A DNA stretch of 36,302 nucleotides from Nitrospinota bacterium (GCA_036231405.1 JAZAHK010000020.1:1-36302); one strand, 5' to 3'; numbered from the stretch's first letter, positions 1 through 9,556 are shown. Notes: generated from the letters alone by a model not told the origin. Numbers and translations: made by a program.

Positions 1-138
1 TTTTTTCATTTGTGTTAAGTTCCCTGATGAAAGAAGTTCCCATCCCTGTTGAACAAATAGATAAGTTTTCCAGGAATAAAAATATAAAATTATTCCTAGA
101 ACAAAAACAAATGAAAAATATAGTCTATTTTTTTTCAT
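1..138 (-). CDS. Partial membrane protein, N-terminus only (possibly TVP38/TMEM64/DedA-like); runs off the window edge
   Basis: Manual translation: ATG at 138, MKKNRLYFSFVFVLGIILYFYSWKTYLFVQQGWELLSSGNLTQMKK, open to position 1. Basic N-terminus followed by a hydrophobic helix. The family is a guess. Confidence 0.5.
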   Translation of the reverse strand, partial: MKKNRLYFSFVFVLGIILYFYSWKTYLFVQQGWELLSSGNLTQMKK

Positions 139-212
139 ATCCCACTTTGAATTTAAAAAAAATAAAAAATACGTTACGATTTTTGTAGTAATTTTATCAC
201 TATGAGAATCGT

Positions 213-941
213 ATGAAAAAGAAATTTTTAACCAAGAATGAAGCTAGAAATGCGGTTTGGGATACATTACAAAATGAGAAAGTAGCCTCGTTTCCCTTTC
301 CTCCAAAAGGACGTATTCCAAATTTCAAGGGTTCAAGTGAAGCGGCCAAACGTTTGTTAGAAATTTCTCCATGGAAAGAAGCAAAATTCATAAAAATTAA
401 TCCTGATTCCCCACAAAGATTAGTCCGAGAATTATGTCTAAAAATGGGGAAAATATTAATAGTTCCAACACCAAGGTTGAAAGGTGGGTTTCAGAAAATT
501 AACCCCCTTAGAATTCCAAAAAATAAATTCAAAGAAGCTGCTACGGTATCAAAAGGAAATTTTTGGAGTGAGGAAATTTCTTTAAAAAAGATTCCCTCAG
601 TAGATGCTATTGTTACAGGCTCGGTGGCAGTAACAAAAACAGGGAAACGGTTGGGTAAAGGAGAAGGATACAGTGATTTAGAACTGGCAATCCTTATAGA
701 ATTAGGTCACCCAATGGTACCAATAGGAACCACCATCCATCCTTATCAAATCCTGGAAGATTTCCCGTCGGATTCACATGACCTGTCGCTTTCCACCATT
801 ATTTCCCCCGACGCTACAATACAAATCGAGAATCCCTCGAAAAACAAAATAAAAATTGAATGGAAGAAAATCGATACGAAAAAATTATCAGAAATGCCAA
901 TACTAAGAGAACTACAGAAACTAAAAAACATTAATATCTAG
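213..941 (+). CDS. 5-formyltetrahydrofolate cyclo-ligase family protein (MTHFSD-like paralog subfamily)
   Basis: Motifs PFPPKGRIPNFKG, KINPDSPQ, VPTPRL, GSVAV..G.RLGKGEGYSDLE, HD. Confidence 0.88.
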   Translation: MKKKFLTKNEARNAVWDTLQNEKVASFPFPPKGRIPNFKGSSEAAKRLLEISPWKEAKFIKINPDSPQRLVRELCLKMGKILIVPTPRLKGGFQKINPLRIPKNKFKEAATVSKGNFWSEEISLKKIPSVDAIVTGSVAVTKTGKRLGKGEGYSDLELAILIELGHPMVPIGTTIHPYQILEDFPSDSHDLSLSTIISPDATIQIENPSKNKIKIEWKKIDTKKLSEMPILRELQKLKNINI

Positions 942-2830
942 TAATCATTCTCAGAGAGAGAAGCTTTTATCTCTTCCAATATTAATGGATCGTCTATAGT
1001 TGCGGGGAGTTTATAAGTTTCTCCATCAACTATTTTAGACATCGTTCCCCTTAATATCTTTCCAGAACGTGTTTTTGGTAAACGCTTCACAACTATGGCT
1101 TCCTTAAAAGCAGCAACAGCACCAATTTGTTGACGGACTAACTTGACCACATCAACTACAATACTTTCACTCGTATGTTCCGAACCAGATTTCAGAACAA
1201 GAAATCCCATAGGTATCTGCCCTTTTATATTATCTTTTATTCCAACAACAGCACATTCTGCAACGTCAGGATGAGAACACAAAACCTCTTCCATAGCGCC
1301 GGTAGAAAGCCTATGGCCAGCAACATTGATAATGTCGTCAGTCCGAGACATCACAAATACGTAACCATCTTCGTCCATATACCCAGCATCTCCTGTTTTA
1401 TAGAATCCAGGAAACTCACTGAGATATGAATCAACAAACCTGTCGTCTGCATTCCACAATGTCGAAAGGCAACCGGGAGGAAGGGGCAATTTCACACAAA
1501 GAGAACCCATCTCTCCCCTACCTACTTCTCTGCATTCAGGATCAAGTACAGAAAAATCAAACCCTGACACTGGTTTCGTAGGGGATCCATATTTCACCGG
1601 TAATTTTTCTATTCCAATACTATTCGCAAGCATCGGCCATCCCGACTCTGTTTGCCAGTAGTGATCAATCACGGGAACTCCAAGTTGTTTCTCTGCCCAC
1701 ATAACTGTATCTGGATCAGAACGCTCTCCTGCGAGGAATAAAGTTTCAAACAAACTCAGATCCTTGTTTTTCAACAATTTTGCGTCCGGATCATCACGTT
1801 TAATAGCTCTAAAAGCAGTAGGAGCAGTAAAAAGAGCTTTCACTTTATGCTCAGAAATAATCCTCCAAAACACTCCTGCATCAGGAGTGCCTACAGGTTT
1901 TCCTTCAAATAAGATAGAGGTGCAACCTTGAAGGAGTGGTCCATAAACTATATAAGAGTGACCCACTACCCATCCTATATCTGATGCTGCCCAAAACACA
2001 TCACCAGTTTCGACGTTATAGACATTCTTCATTGACCATTTCAGCGCAACCATATGCCCACCATTATCCCTGACCACCCCTTTTGGCTGAGCAGTTGTAC
2101 CTGATGTATAAAGAATATAGAGAGGATCTGTAGAATCGACGAGAACACATTCGGTTGATTCTGATTCGTCCATAAAATCAGTCCAATCAATGTCTATTTC
2201 ATGATTAATCGTGGCTGAGATTTGTTCTCTTTGTAAAATGACACAACGTATAGGCTTAGTCTTAGAAAGAAGAAGTGATTCATCTAACAAGGGTTTATAT
2301 GGAATAACTCCTGATGGTTCGATTCCACAAGAAGCAGAAATTATCATTTTTGGTTTAGCATCATCTATACGAGTTGCTAATTCATTAGGAGCGAATCCTC
2401 CAAAAACTACAGAATGTACAGCACCAACCCTTGCACACGCGAGCATAGCAATTACTGCCTCTGGAACCATGGGCATATAAATTAAAACTCGATCCCCTTT
2501 CACGACTCCTTCTCTTTGTAATCCTCCTGCAAATTTCGAAACCTTTTCTAAAAGTTCTTGATATGTAAATTTTTGAATTGGAGCACCTGTAATAGGACTA
2601 TCATAGATCAAAGCTACCTGTTCTCCTCTGCCTTCATTAACATGACGATCCAGACAGTTATAACAAGTATTTACTTTTGCTCCTGGGAACCATCGATAAA
2701 AAGGGGGATTTGATCTATCTAATATAGCATCCCACTTTTTATGCCAAAACAAATCTTTTGCTGCATTCATCCAATATTTTTCAGATTCATCTATCGATTC
2801 AATAAATTCGCTCTCATACCGAGAATGCAT
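938..2830 (-). CDS. prpE: Propionyl-CoA synthetase / short-chain acyl-CoA synthetase
   Basis: YILYTSGTTAQPKG AMP-binding loop, DHYWQTESG, TGDAG, SRTDDIINVAGHRLSTG, LPKTRSGK, GVVRDNGG. ATG at 2830 is preceded by GAGGA; the ORF track starts at GTG 2842. Confidence 0.88.
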   Translation of the reverse strand: MHSRYESEFIESIDESEKYWMNAAKDLFWHKKWDAILDRSNPPFYRWFPGAKVNTCYNCLDRHVNEGRGEQVALIYDSPITGAPIQKFTYQELLEKVSKFAGGLQREGVVKGDRVLIYMPMVPEAVIAMLACARVGAVHSVVFGGFAPNELATRIDDAKPKMIISASCGIEPSGVIPYKPLLDESLLLSKTKPIRCVILQREQISATINHEIDIDWTDFMDESESTECVLVDSTDPLYILYTSGTTAQPKGVVRDNGGHMVALKWSMKNVYNVETGDVFWAASDIGWVVGHSYIVYGPLLQGCTSILFEGKPVGTPDAGVFWRIISEHKVKALFTAPTAFRAIKRDDPDAKLLKNKDLSLFETLFLAGERSDPDTVMWAEKQLGVPVIDHYWQTESGWPMLANSIGIEKLPVKYGSPTKPVSGFDFSVLDPECREVGRGEMGSLCVKLPLPPGCLSTLWNADDRFVDSYLSEFPGFYKTGDAGYMDEDGYVFVMSRTDDIINVAGHRLSTGAMEEVLCSHPDVAECAVVGIKDNIKGQIPMGFLVLKSGSEHTSESIVVDVVKLVRQQIGAVAAFKEAIVVKRLPKTRSGKILRGTMSKIVDGETYKLPATIDDPLILEEIKASLSENDY

Positions 2831-2975
2831 TTTTGTCCTCACAGAAGGTCTAATATTGATTAATATATAAGATTCATTAGCATAACAAATATTCCTAAAA
2901 TATGTTCAAATGAAATTATCTTTTATTCTTTTTACCAAAATTCCTTAATATCTTTTTCAGATAGGAGTTTACCGT

Positions 2976-4097
2976 TTGTCATTAATGAAGTGCACAAGCT
3001 GCGATATGCATTTTTCCGTTGAAGAACCGCGCTGGAAATGCGAATGTGGTGGCACTCTAGATATAGAAGTTCAAAATATCTTTCCAAGAGAGTCATTAGG
3101 TTCAAGAGAATCTGATTTATGGAGATACCAAGAGTCTATTCCGCTCAAAAATATAAAAAATAAAATAAGCCTCGGAGAAGGTATGACACCAACAGTTATT
3201 CTTTCATTCGCTGGGATAGAAATTTATTGCAAATTAGACTTTCTTTTCCCAACTGGATCATTCAAGGATAGGGGTTCCTCTGTACTAGTTAGCAAATTAA
3301 AAGAATGGAATATCAAAAAAGTTTTAGGTGATTCATCAGGAAACGCCGCAGCATCAATAGCTGCATATACATCACTTGCAGACATTGATTGTGACATGTA
3401 TGTCCCCGAGAATACTTCCAATAGTAAATGTATGCAGATCTCGGCTTTCGGTGCAAATCTAAAAAAAATAGCAGGAACTAGACAAGCGACAACTGACGCA
3501 GCAATAAAAGAAACGGGAAATTGTTTCTATGCGAGTCATTATTGGAACTGCTGGTTTAACCATGGTACTAAAACTTGGGCTTTTGAATTATGGGAACAAA
3601 TGCAACAATCAATCCCTGACTCTGTAATAGTTCCTGTCGGTCACGGTTCATTAGTCATTGGTGCCTATAAAGGATTTAAAGAACTCATGGATGCAGGATA
3701 TACAAATAAATTACCAAAAATTTATGGTATCCAGACTAAGAATTGTGCCCCACTAATTGAAATTTGGGATAAAAAACTAAATGAGATTCCTGAAATAAAA
3801 TCAAATCCTACATTAGCCGACGGAATTAGTGTAAGCAAACCTGTACGATGGAGAGAAATTATTAATGCTATTCATCAAACAGACGGAGAATTATTTTCAG
3901 TTGAGGAAAATGAAATTCCATCGATTTTAAAAGTTTTTTCAAAACAAGGAGTACTTATGGAACCTACATGTACTATTCCATTTTTAGGTCTAAAAAAGCT
4001 TTTGGGTTCGAATAAAATTTCTAAAAAAGATATCATTGCCATTCCAGTAACAGGTAGTGGTCTAAAAACATCAGAGAAATTACAACAATTCTTTTAA
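2976..4097 (+). CDS. Threonine synthase-like PLP enzyme (fold type II) with N-terminal Zn ribbon
   Basis: CxxC...CxCGG, SLGEGMTP, PTGSFKDRG (PLP lysine), DSSGNAA, PVGHG, TGSGLK. AGGAG precedes the TTG start. Confidence 0.85.
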   Translation: MSLMKCTSCDMHFSVEEPRWKCECGGTLDIEVQNIFPRESLGSRESDLWRYQESIPLKNIKNKISLGEGMTPTVILSFAGIEIYCKLDFLFPTGSFKDRGSSVLVSKLKEWNIKKVLGDSSGNAAASIAAYTSLADIDCDMYVPENTSNSKCMQISAFGANLKKIAGTRQATTDAAIKETGNCFYASHYWNCWFNHGTKTWAFELWEQMQQSIPDSVIVPVGHGSLVIGAYKGFKELMDAGYTNKLPKIYGIQTKNCAPLIEIWDKKLNEIPEIKSNPTLADGISVSKPVRWREIINAIHQTDGELFSVEENEIPSILKVFSKQGVLMEPTCTIPFLGLKKLLGSNKISKKDIIAIPVTGSGLKTSEKLQQFF

Positions 4098-4112
4098 TTT
4101 CAGGAGCGGGTC

Positions 4113-5333
4113 ATGCCAGAGGAAATAAATGCAATTCAAGTAGATCAAAACTATATTATTGAACTTTCACAAGAACTTATTCAAATCCCTGCAGAAAATC
4201 CCCCTGGTGATTGCTCTGATATTGCAGAAAAGATTTTAAAAGAACTTGATTCAATAGGAATCAGTGACATCAAAACATATGAATATGAAAAAGGAATGCC
4301 CAATTTCATTATTCAGACGGGAGATGGGAATGACAATGCAGGTCATTTTGTAATTGGCGGACATATGGACACCGTGCCAGTGCATCCAGATGAAATTGAA
4401 TCTTGGAAAGTCCCTCCATTTAGCGGTAAATTAATTGGGGACGAATTATGGGGGAGAGGAGCTGCTGATATGAAAGGTGCTCTTGCTTCTACCATTGGTG
4501 CATTTAAAGCTATCCAAGAACAAAAAATAAAAATTCCAGGAAAACTCACATGGGTCCTATTATCAGACGGGGAACATGGAGATTTTTACGGAGCCCAATC
4601 ACTTGTAAACAACGGAATTCTTAAGGAATTAGACGGCGATATGGTTCTATATACTGAATCGACAAGCAACAATATCATTCGTTCTTTTAAAGGCCGTATT
4701 TTTTTTGAAATCAAGGTACGCGGAAGATCCGTACACGTAAGTGTTCCACAAAAAGGGATAAATGCAATTGAAAAAATGGCAAAAATCATCGATGCCTTTA
4801 AAGCAGAACGCATCGCTCCTGATCCAGACCCCTTTTTAGGTCCATGCACGCTAACTTTCTCCACGATTCAAGGTGGATCTGCAGTTAATGTCGTAGGTGG
4901 TAGAGCAAGTGCTACATTCGACGTACGAATGATACCAGGACAAACATCATCCGAGGTGAAAAAACAGCTAGAAAAAATCATAGAAGAACTAAAAACCGAC
5001 GACCCTGAAATTGATGCTTCAATAGAAATAATACCTAGCGGAGCAAGGGAAGTAACAGAAATTTTAGAAGAAGAACCAGTCGTCGAATTGATGAAAAAAG
5101 TAATACCTGCAGTAAGAGGAAGCGAAAATGAACGTCTACCCGGCATAGAATCACCAGGTGCTCTCAGACTATTTATTGAAAACGGGATTCCTGGAATTTT
5201 CTTTGGACCTGGAGAATTTATATCAGAAGCTCATCTACCAAATGAGAGAGTTCCTGTAAAAAATTTAGTCGACGCAGCATCTATGTTTGCGACCGCTGCT
5301 AAAGAAGTTTGTAACGGTCCCAAACTAAAATAG
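4113..5333 (+). CDS. M20 family metallopeptidase/deacylase (ArgE/DapE-like)
   Basis: GHMDTVP, GRGAADMKG, SDGE, TES, GINAI, NVV, DVR, FGPG, AHLPNE. AGGAG RBS. Confidence 0.88.
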   Translation: MPEEINAIQVDQNYIIELSQELIQIPAENPPGDCSDIAEKILKELDSIGISDIKTYEYEKGMPNFIIQTGDGNDNAGHFVIGGHMDTVPVHPDEIESWKVPPFSGKLIGDELWGRGAADMKGALASTIGAFKAIQEQKIKIPGKLTWVLLSDGEHGDFYGAQSLVNNGILKELDGDMVLYTESTSNNIIRSFKGRIFFEIKVRGRSVHVSVPQKGINAIEKMAKIIDAFKAERIAPDPDPFLGPCTLTFSTIQGGSAVNVVGGRASATFDVRMIPGQTSSEVKKQLEKIIEELKTDDPEIDASIEIIPSGAREVTEILEEEPVVELMKKVIPAVRGSENERLPGIESPGALRLFIENGIPGIFFGPGEFISEAHLPNERVPVKNLVDAASMFATAAKEVCNGPKLK

Positions 5334-5344
5334 GTTTCTGTAAA

Positions 5345-5722
5345 TTAATAGCCTTCGTCGATGACTTCCTTTAGTTGAGTGCATCCTGCAACTAAGGCAG
5401 TCATTCCACAGGGAGGAAGCATACATTCTAAAGCTTCCGTGGCCTCTTCAACCGTAGCACCAAGTTGTAAGGCCTTTTTTAAATGATTTCGAATTCCTTC
5501 TAAGTCAGAAGGATTGCGAGAAGCACTCGCAACGGCAATAAAGAGTTCTTTGTACTTTTCAGGGAAAGGACCTTCTTTTTTCATAATATGATTCTTGAGT
5601 TCTTCATAGTGTTCCAAAAGATCTGGATCAACTTCACATAGAAGTTCATACGCAGGATATATGAATCCTCTAGCCGCTAACATCTTATCGTAAAGGGCTT
5701 TACCCCTTTCGCTCATTGCCAT
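5345..5722 (-). CDS. Carboxymuconolactone decarboxylase (CMD/AhpD-like) family protein
   Basis: DPDLLEHY...EKYKELFIAV...HLKKALQLGATVEEATEAL pattern; no CxxC motif. Confidence 0.8.
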   Translation of the reverse strand: MAMSERGKALYDKMLAARGFIYPAYELLCEVDPDLLEHYEELKNHIMKKEGPFPEKYKELFIAVASASRNPSDLEGIRNHLKKALQLGATVEEATEALECMLPPCGMTALVAGCTQLKEVIDEGY

Positions 5723-5757
5723 AGAAAACCTTCCGTATGATAGAAAAAAACATCAAA

Positions 5758-6516
5758 TTATTCATAAGGATAAACATCATGTTCAAGGACAGAAATCTCA
5801 TGGCCAGGCAAGATATATTCTTCTTTAGAAGCAATAGAAATACATCTATCTATACTATTAATCGCATCACTCATACTTGACATCTGCCCTGCTGGAACTC
5901 GACGATCCAAACCTTCCTGTATCTGAATAACATCAGCAGCAATTACGTACGTGCCAACCTTTGTTTCAACTGCTACAGAACAATGGCCGGGAGTATGCCC
6001 AGGGGTATGAAAATACATCACACCAGGAACAATTTCCGTTTCATCCTTCCAAATAGGTTCAAAAATGATGTTTTGCTGTGCGTAAACAGGCCACCTTGTA
6101 TTTGGATGAATTGGTGAATCGTAGGGCTTTGCTTGTAAACTAACGGGACACATCGCATACTGCAATTCTTTGGCCCAAACATACTTCACCGCGTTAGGGA
6201 AAAGGTCGCAATTTTGTGAATGATCCCAGTGCAGATGAGTCAAAATCAAAATTTCGACATCTTCACATTTCCATCCTGCACTCTCTACCTGTTTCTTCAC
6301 ATCTTGCTCAGAAGTTCTAGTTGCGGGCCATGGGGCACCACCTCTCTCGGGATCTAAGTAACTAGTATCAATCACTATCTTTTGATCCGCACCCTCGACA
6401 AGATAAATAAAAGAGGGAATATCAATTTTTGTGCCAAAATTTGTCCAGTAAACCATATTCGAATAATCGGTGTGGATAGTTCCACAATGTAACGGTCTAA
6501 TACTTAAATCTGCCAT
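5758..6516 (-). CDS. N-acyl-homoserine lactonase-like metallo-beta-lactamase fold hydrolase
   Basis: THLHWDH, TPGHTPGH, AAD and PGH metal-binding motifs. Confidence 0.85.
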   Translation of the reverse strand: MADLSIRPLHCGTIHTDYSNMVYWTNFGTKIDIPSFIYLVEGADQKIVIDTSYLDPERGGAPWPATRTSEQDVKKQVESAGWKCEDVEILILTHLHWDHSQNCDLFPNAVKYVWAKELQYAMCPVSLQAKPYDSPIHPNTRWPVYAQQNIIFEPIWKDETEIVPGVMYFHTPGHTPGHCSVAVETKVGTYVIAADVIQIQEGLDRRVPAGQMSSMSDAINSIDRCISIASKEEYILPGHEISVLEHDVYPYE

Positions 6517-6548
6517 GCCACATTTCCTTTTCTGATTAAAGTTATTTT

Positions 6549-7148
6549 CTAAACGTTTGCTCTTCTTGCAAATTCAACAACATCCATTAACTCTTGAGGA
6601 CCCTTCAGAACAGCAGCATCAAGACCTAATGAAATGTTAATACGATTACTAAAATTCCTGTAAGAAATTGATGCAATAATATCTAAAATATTTTCGTCAC
6701 TAAAACCTACATTCCTTAGCTTATTCAGATCATCTTCAGACATTGAATAATGGTCGAAAGTGAGTTTTTCTGCAAAAACAAGGATCTCTTTATCGGAATC
6801 ATCTAAAATCGGGGAGTTGTCGCGGTCCATAACTACACTAGCAACATCTGCAAGACTTACTTCATCGCCACTTTCATCACGGAAATTTTGGCCATGATTT
6901 AGCGTTCAACCATAACAGCCGCCAATGGTCGCAACGTAATAGGAAATCAATTCTTCTATTCTTTTCCCAAGTGAAGAGTTTCCTCCGTGGACGGCCATAT
7001 TCATCGTCTGCCTTCCATTCAAAACATCGGGTCTACGTGCCATGGCAAGTAAGAGTTTTGGAACTGCTCCTCGTTGTTCATTAATTTTCTCTAGAATAGA
7101 CTTCGCAGGCTCTTCCGTTTCGCCTAAACGTAAGGATGACATCCACAT
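6549..7148 (-). CDS. AhpD/CMD-like peroxidase-related protein, probable selenoprotein (in-frame UGA at 6906-6908, CYGU motif), 199 aa
   Basis: ORFs 6906-7148 and 6549-6830 share a frame. Readthrough gives EELISYYVATIGGCYG-U-TLNHGQNFRDESGD...FAEKLT...DLNKLRNVGFSDENILDII...NFSNRI, matching the CxxCxxxH peroxidase-related AhpD family. GGAGG RBS before 7148. Confidence 0.85.
6863..6896 (-). promoter_or_regulatory. Putative bacterial SECIS element
   Basis: Begins 9 nt after the UGA: CAU-G-GCCA-AAA-UUUC-[CGUGAU]-GAAA-G-UGGC-G-AUG. The apical loop starts 24 nt after the UGA with G at loop position 2. Confidence 0.65.
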
Positions 7149-7170
7149 ATATTAGGAACCTCCATAAAAA

Positions 7171-8223
7171 TTAACTTGCAGAATTTCGGACTTCTTTCTT
7201 TTTAAAGTGGGGCATTACCTCTTTTGCAAATCTTTCTAAAGACTTGATTGCATCACGCTGATTAATGCCTCTAAGTAAAAAATTCATCACATGATTTATC
7301 TTGAAGTCCTTTTCTAAGCGCTCTATATCTTTTATGACTTTTTCCGGAGGTCCGATTACTCCACCTCCTTCAATCTGTTCACGTATGGACAATTCATAAC
7401 TCATATTTCTTTTCAAAGATGATTTTTGTTCAATCGGCATCTCAATTGAATTTACCTCGCTTCTATAGTTTAGATACCAGGACTCGGCAGGTTCAATTTC
7501 TTTCCATGCAGACTCTGGATCGTCAGTTACATGAATATTATGGGCCATAAGATACGGGCAATCTTCAGGGGCTTTCCCTTCTTTTAGCATTGCTTGTTTA
7601 TATATTTCCATTTTCTCAAGATAATGCTCTGGACCTTTATGAGATGCAGAAGCCATAACATGAAACCCGTTTGCAGCTGCATATTCATAAGTCTCATGAC
7701 TCGTCCCAGCAATCCAAATTGGGATCGGATTTTGAATTGGTTTAGGATGTATTTCTATGTCAATACAACTATAATATTTTCCGTGAAAAGTGAGTGTTTC
7801 TCCCGAAAGAAGTTTCGTCAAAATTTCAATTCCCTCTTGCATACGCTCGCGGCTTTCAGAAGGATCTAAATTAAACCCTTGAAATTCTTTTGGTTGAGAT
7901 CCTCTTCCAATACCAAACTCGAGTCGACCACCACTAAGAACATCTACCAAAGCAGCTTGTTCTGCCAAGCGAATTGGATTATGGAATGGAACTATACTAA
8001 TGGCAGTACCAACCCTTATTTGTTTAGTCTTCTGTGCAATTGCCAAAGCAACCATCAGAGCATCCGGACACATCCCAACCCTAGAAAAATGGTGTTCAGC
8101 GACAAAAGCAGCATCAAACCCAAGTTCGTCTGCAATAACGCACTGTTCAATTAGATTATTGTATTCTTCTTGATAGGATTCACCTTCCTGACAGGAAGGG
8201 ATGAAAAAAATTGAAAATTTCAT
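7171..8223 (-). CDS. Luciferase-like (LLM class) flavin-dependent oxidoreductase/monooxygenase
   Basis: ADELGFDAAFVAEHHF, PIRLAEQAALVDVLSGGRLEFGIGRG, PKPIQNPIPIWIAG. Start moved to MKFSIFF (ATG 8223, AGGTG upstream). Confidence 0.9.
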   Translation of the reverse strand: MKFSIFFIPSCQEGESYQEEYNNLIEQCVIADELGFDAAFVAEHHFSRVGMCPDALMVALAIAQKTKQIRVGTAISIVPFHNPIRLAEQAALVDVLSGGRLEFGIGRGSQPKEFQGFNLDPSESRERMQEGIEILTKLLSGETLTFHGKYYSCIDIEIHPKPIQNPIPIWIAGTSHETYEYAAANGFHVMASASHKGPEHYLEKMEIYKQAMLKEGKAPEDCPYLMAHNIHVTDDPESAWKEIEPAESWYLNYRSEVNSIEMPIEQKSSLKRNMSYELSIREQIEGGGVIGPPEKVIKDIERLEKDFKINHVMNFLLRGINQRDAIKSLERFAKEVMPHFKKKEVRNSAS

Positions 8224-8243
8224 ATAAATACACCTATACAAAA

Positions 8244-8669
8244 CTAATTAAAAGCTGGGGGTGGATTCATGGTGTAGACCTTATTCACACTGATTTTGTA
8301 AATCACGCGAACCTGATCCTTTTGACGATTAGAGTAAGAATCCACGTCCAAATATTTTCTTGCAAGTACATCAATGTGTTCATCCGCACCCTCTTCCGTT
8401 ATGTCCACAACACTTCCTTGAATCCCCATCCAGAGAAACGCGTTTTCTGGATCAACTATAGCTAAAGAAACTCGTTCATTTCTTCTCATATTTTTATCTT
8501 TAACCCTTCCCTTAGCAGAATTAACTAGTATGAATTCTTCATCCACATTAAACCACAAAGGAGAAACTTGAGGAGAGCCATCTTCCATGGTCGTAGCTAA
8601 AAAAAGAAGAGCTTTAGATTGAAGAAGATGTATGTGAGAATCAGGAATTTTTCCAAGCAAGTCTGACAT
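8244..8669 (-). CDS. PPOX class (pyridoxamine 5'-phosphate oxidase-like) probable F420-dependent oxidoreductase
   Basis: LATTMEDGSPQVSPLWF, NSAKGRVKDKNMRRNERVSLAIVDPEN, HIDVLARKY, RV. Start at MSDLLG (ATG 8669 after GGAG); the longer ORF extension is antisense to the tauE-like gene. Confidence 0.88.
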   Translation of the reverse strand: MSDLLGKIPDSHIHLLQSKALLFLATTMEDGSPQVSPLWFNVDEEFILVNSAKGRVKDKNMRRNERVSLAIVDPENAFLWMGIQGSVVDITEEGADEHIDVLARKYLDVDSYSNRQKDQVRVIYKISVNKVYTMNPPPAFN

Positions 8670-8796
8670 TAAAAATCTCCGAAAACTAATTACAAAAAAA
8701 TCAAACACAATTTGAAGAACATAACCATATGCAATAAAGTGGTTTTTTTCAAATATATTAAAAAAATTAATCATTATTTGTCTAGATTGGATAAAA

Positions 8797-9540
8797 TTGG
8801 AATATTTCCTTGTTTTTTGTGCTGCTTTTGTTGGTTCTGGATTAAAAGCTGTTGGTGGGTTTGGTTTTGCAACACTTACTACTCCTACAGTTTCTCTTTT
8901 TTGGGACGTCCCTACAGCAATCATTGTAATCTCTATCCCAACTTTGGTGACCAGTTTTTTCAATTGTTGGAGAACTCGTGAAGCAGCAAAAGAAGGTTTT
9001 TCGATTTTTTTTCCCTTCTTTACTACAAGTCTTATAGGGCTTGGAGTTGGCTTAACTATCTTGCTAAATATGAACCCAAATTTAATGAAATTCATCTTAG
9101 GGCTTTTTTTAGTGATTCAAATTAGTTGGGATCACTTCAATAATTCAGAAACAAAGAAAAAAAAGAGTACTCTCACACGATCGATTGGGATGGGAGGAAT
9201 TGCAGGATTAATGCTAGGAACTGTTGGTATGCCATCACACGTTATCGCATCTTACTTAACAGGAATGAATTTATCAAAAAACAGATATCTTTTTATTTTA
9301 AGTAGCACGCAAGTGATTCTCCGTGTAACTACGATAGCGTTTCTTCAATCTAGACTTGTAGGCAAAGAAGTGATAGGCCTTACCGTTATCATGTTTATCC
9401 CTGTACTACTTGGGTTTGTGGTAGGAACTAAAATATACAAGTTCCTAACTGACAAAATATTTTTCAACATTATAAAAATTATTGTCTTATTAATGGGTTT
9501 TGCTTTAATCATAAGATATCTAAGTCAGCACATAAATTAA
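8797..9540 (+). CDS. Sulfite exporter TauE/SafE family membrane protein
   Basis: About 8 hydrophobic helices; FVGSGLKAVGGFGFA...P and GGIAGLMLGTVGMP repeats. Confidence 0.8.
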   Translation: MEYFLVFCAAFVGSGLKAVGGFGFATLTTPTVSLFWDVPTAIIVISIPTLVTSFFNCWRTREAAKEGFSIFFPFFTTSLIGLGVGLTILLNMNPNLMKFILGLFLVIQISWDHFNNSETKKKKSTLTRSIGMGGIAGLMLGTVGMPSHVIASYLTGMNLSKNRYLFILSSTQVILRVTTIAFLQSRLVGKEVIGLTVIMFIPVLLGFVVGTKIYKFLTDKIFFNIIKIIVLLMGFALIIRYLSQHIN

Positions 9541-9556
9541 AAGTTGATTTCAGCAT

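Noticed and set aside
6549-7148. Two separate small genes or a nonsense pseudogene
   Set aside because: The stop is UGA at the conserved redox Cys position, the linker is open and family-like, and a SECIS-like hairpin follows; Sec readthrough explains this better.
8670-9095. 142-aa N-terminal extension of the PPOX ORF
   Set aside because: It is the antisense shadow of the tauE-like gene; a good RBS and ATG lie at 8669.
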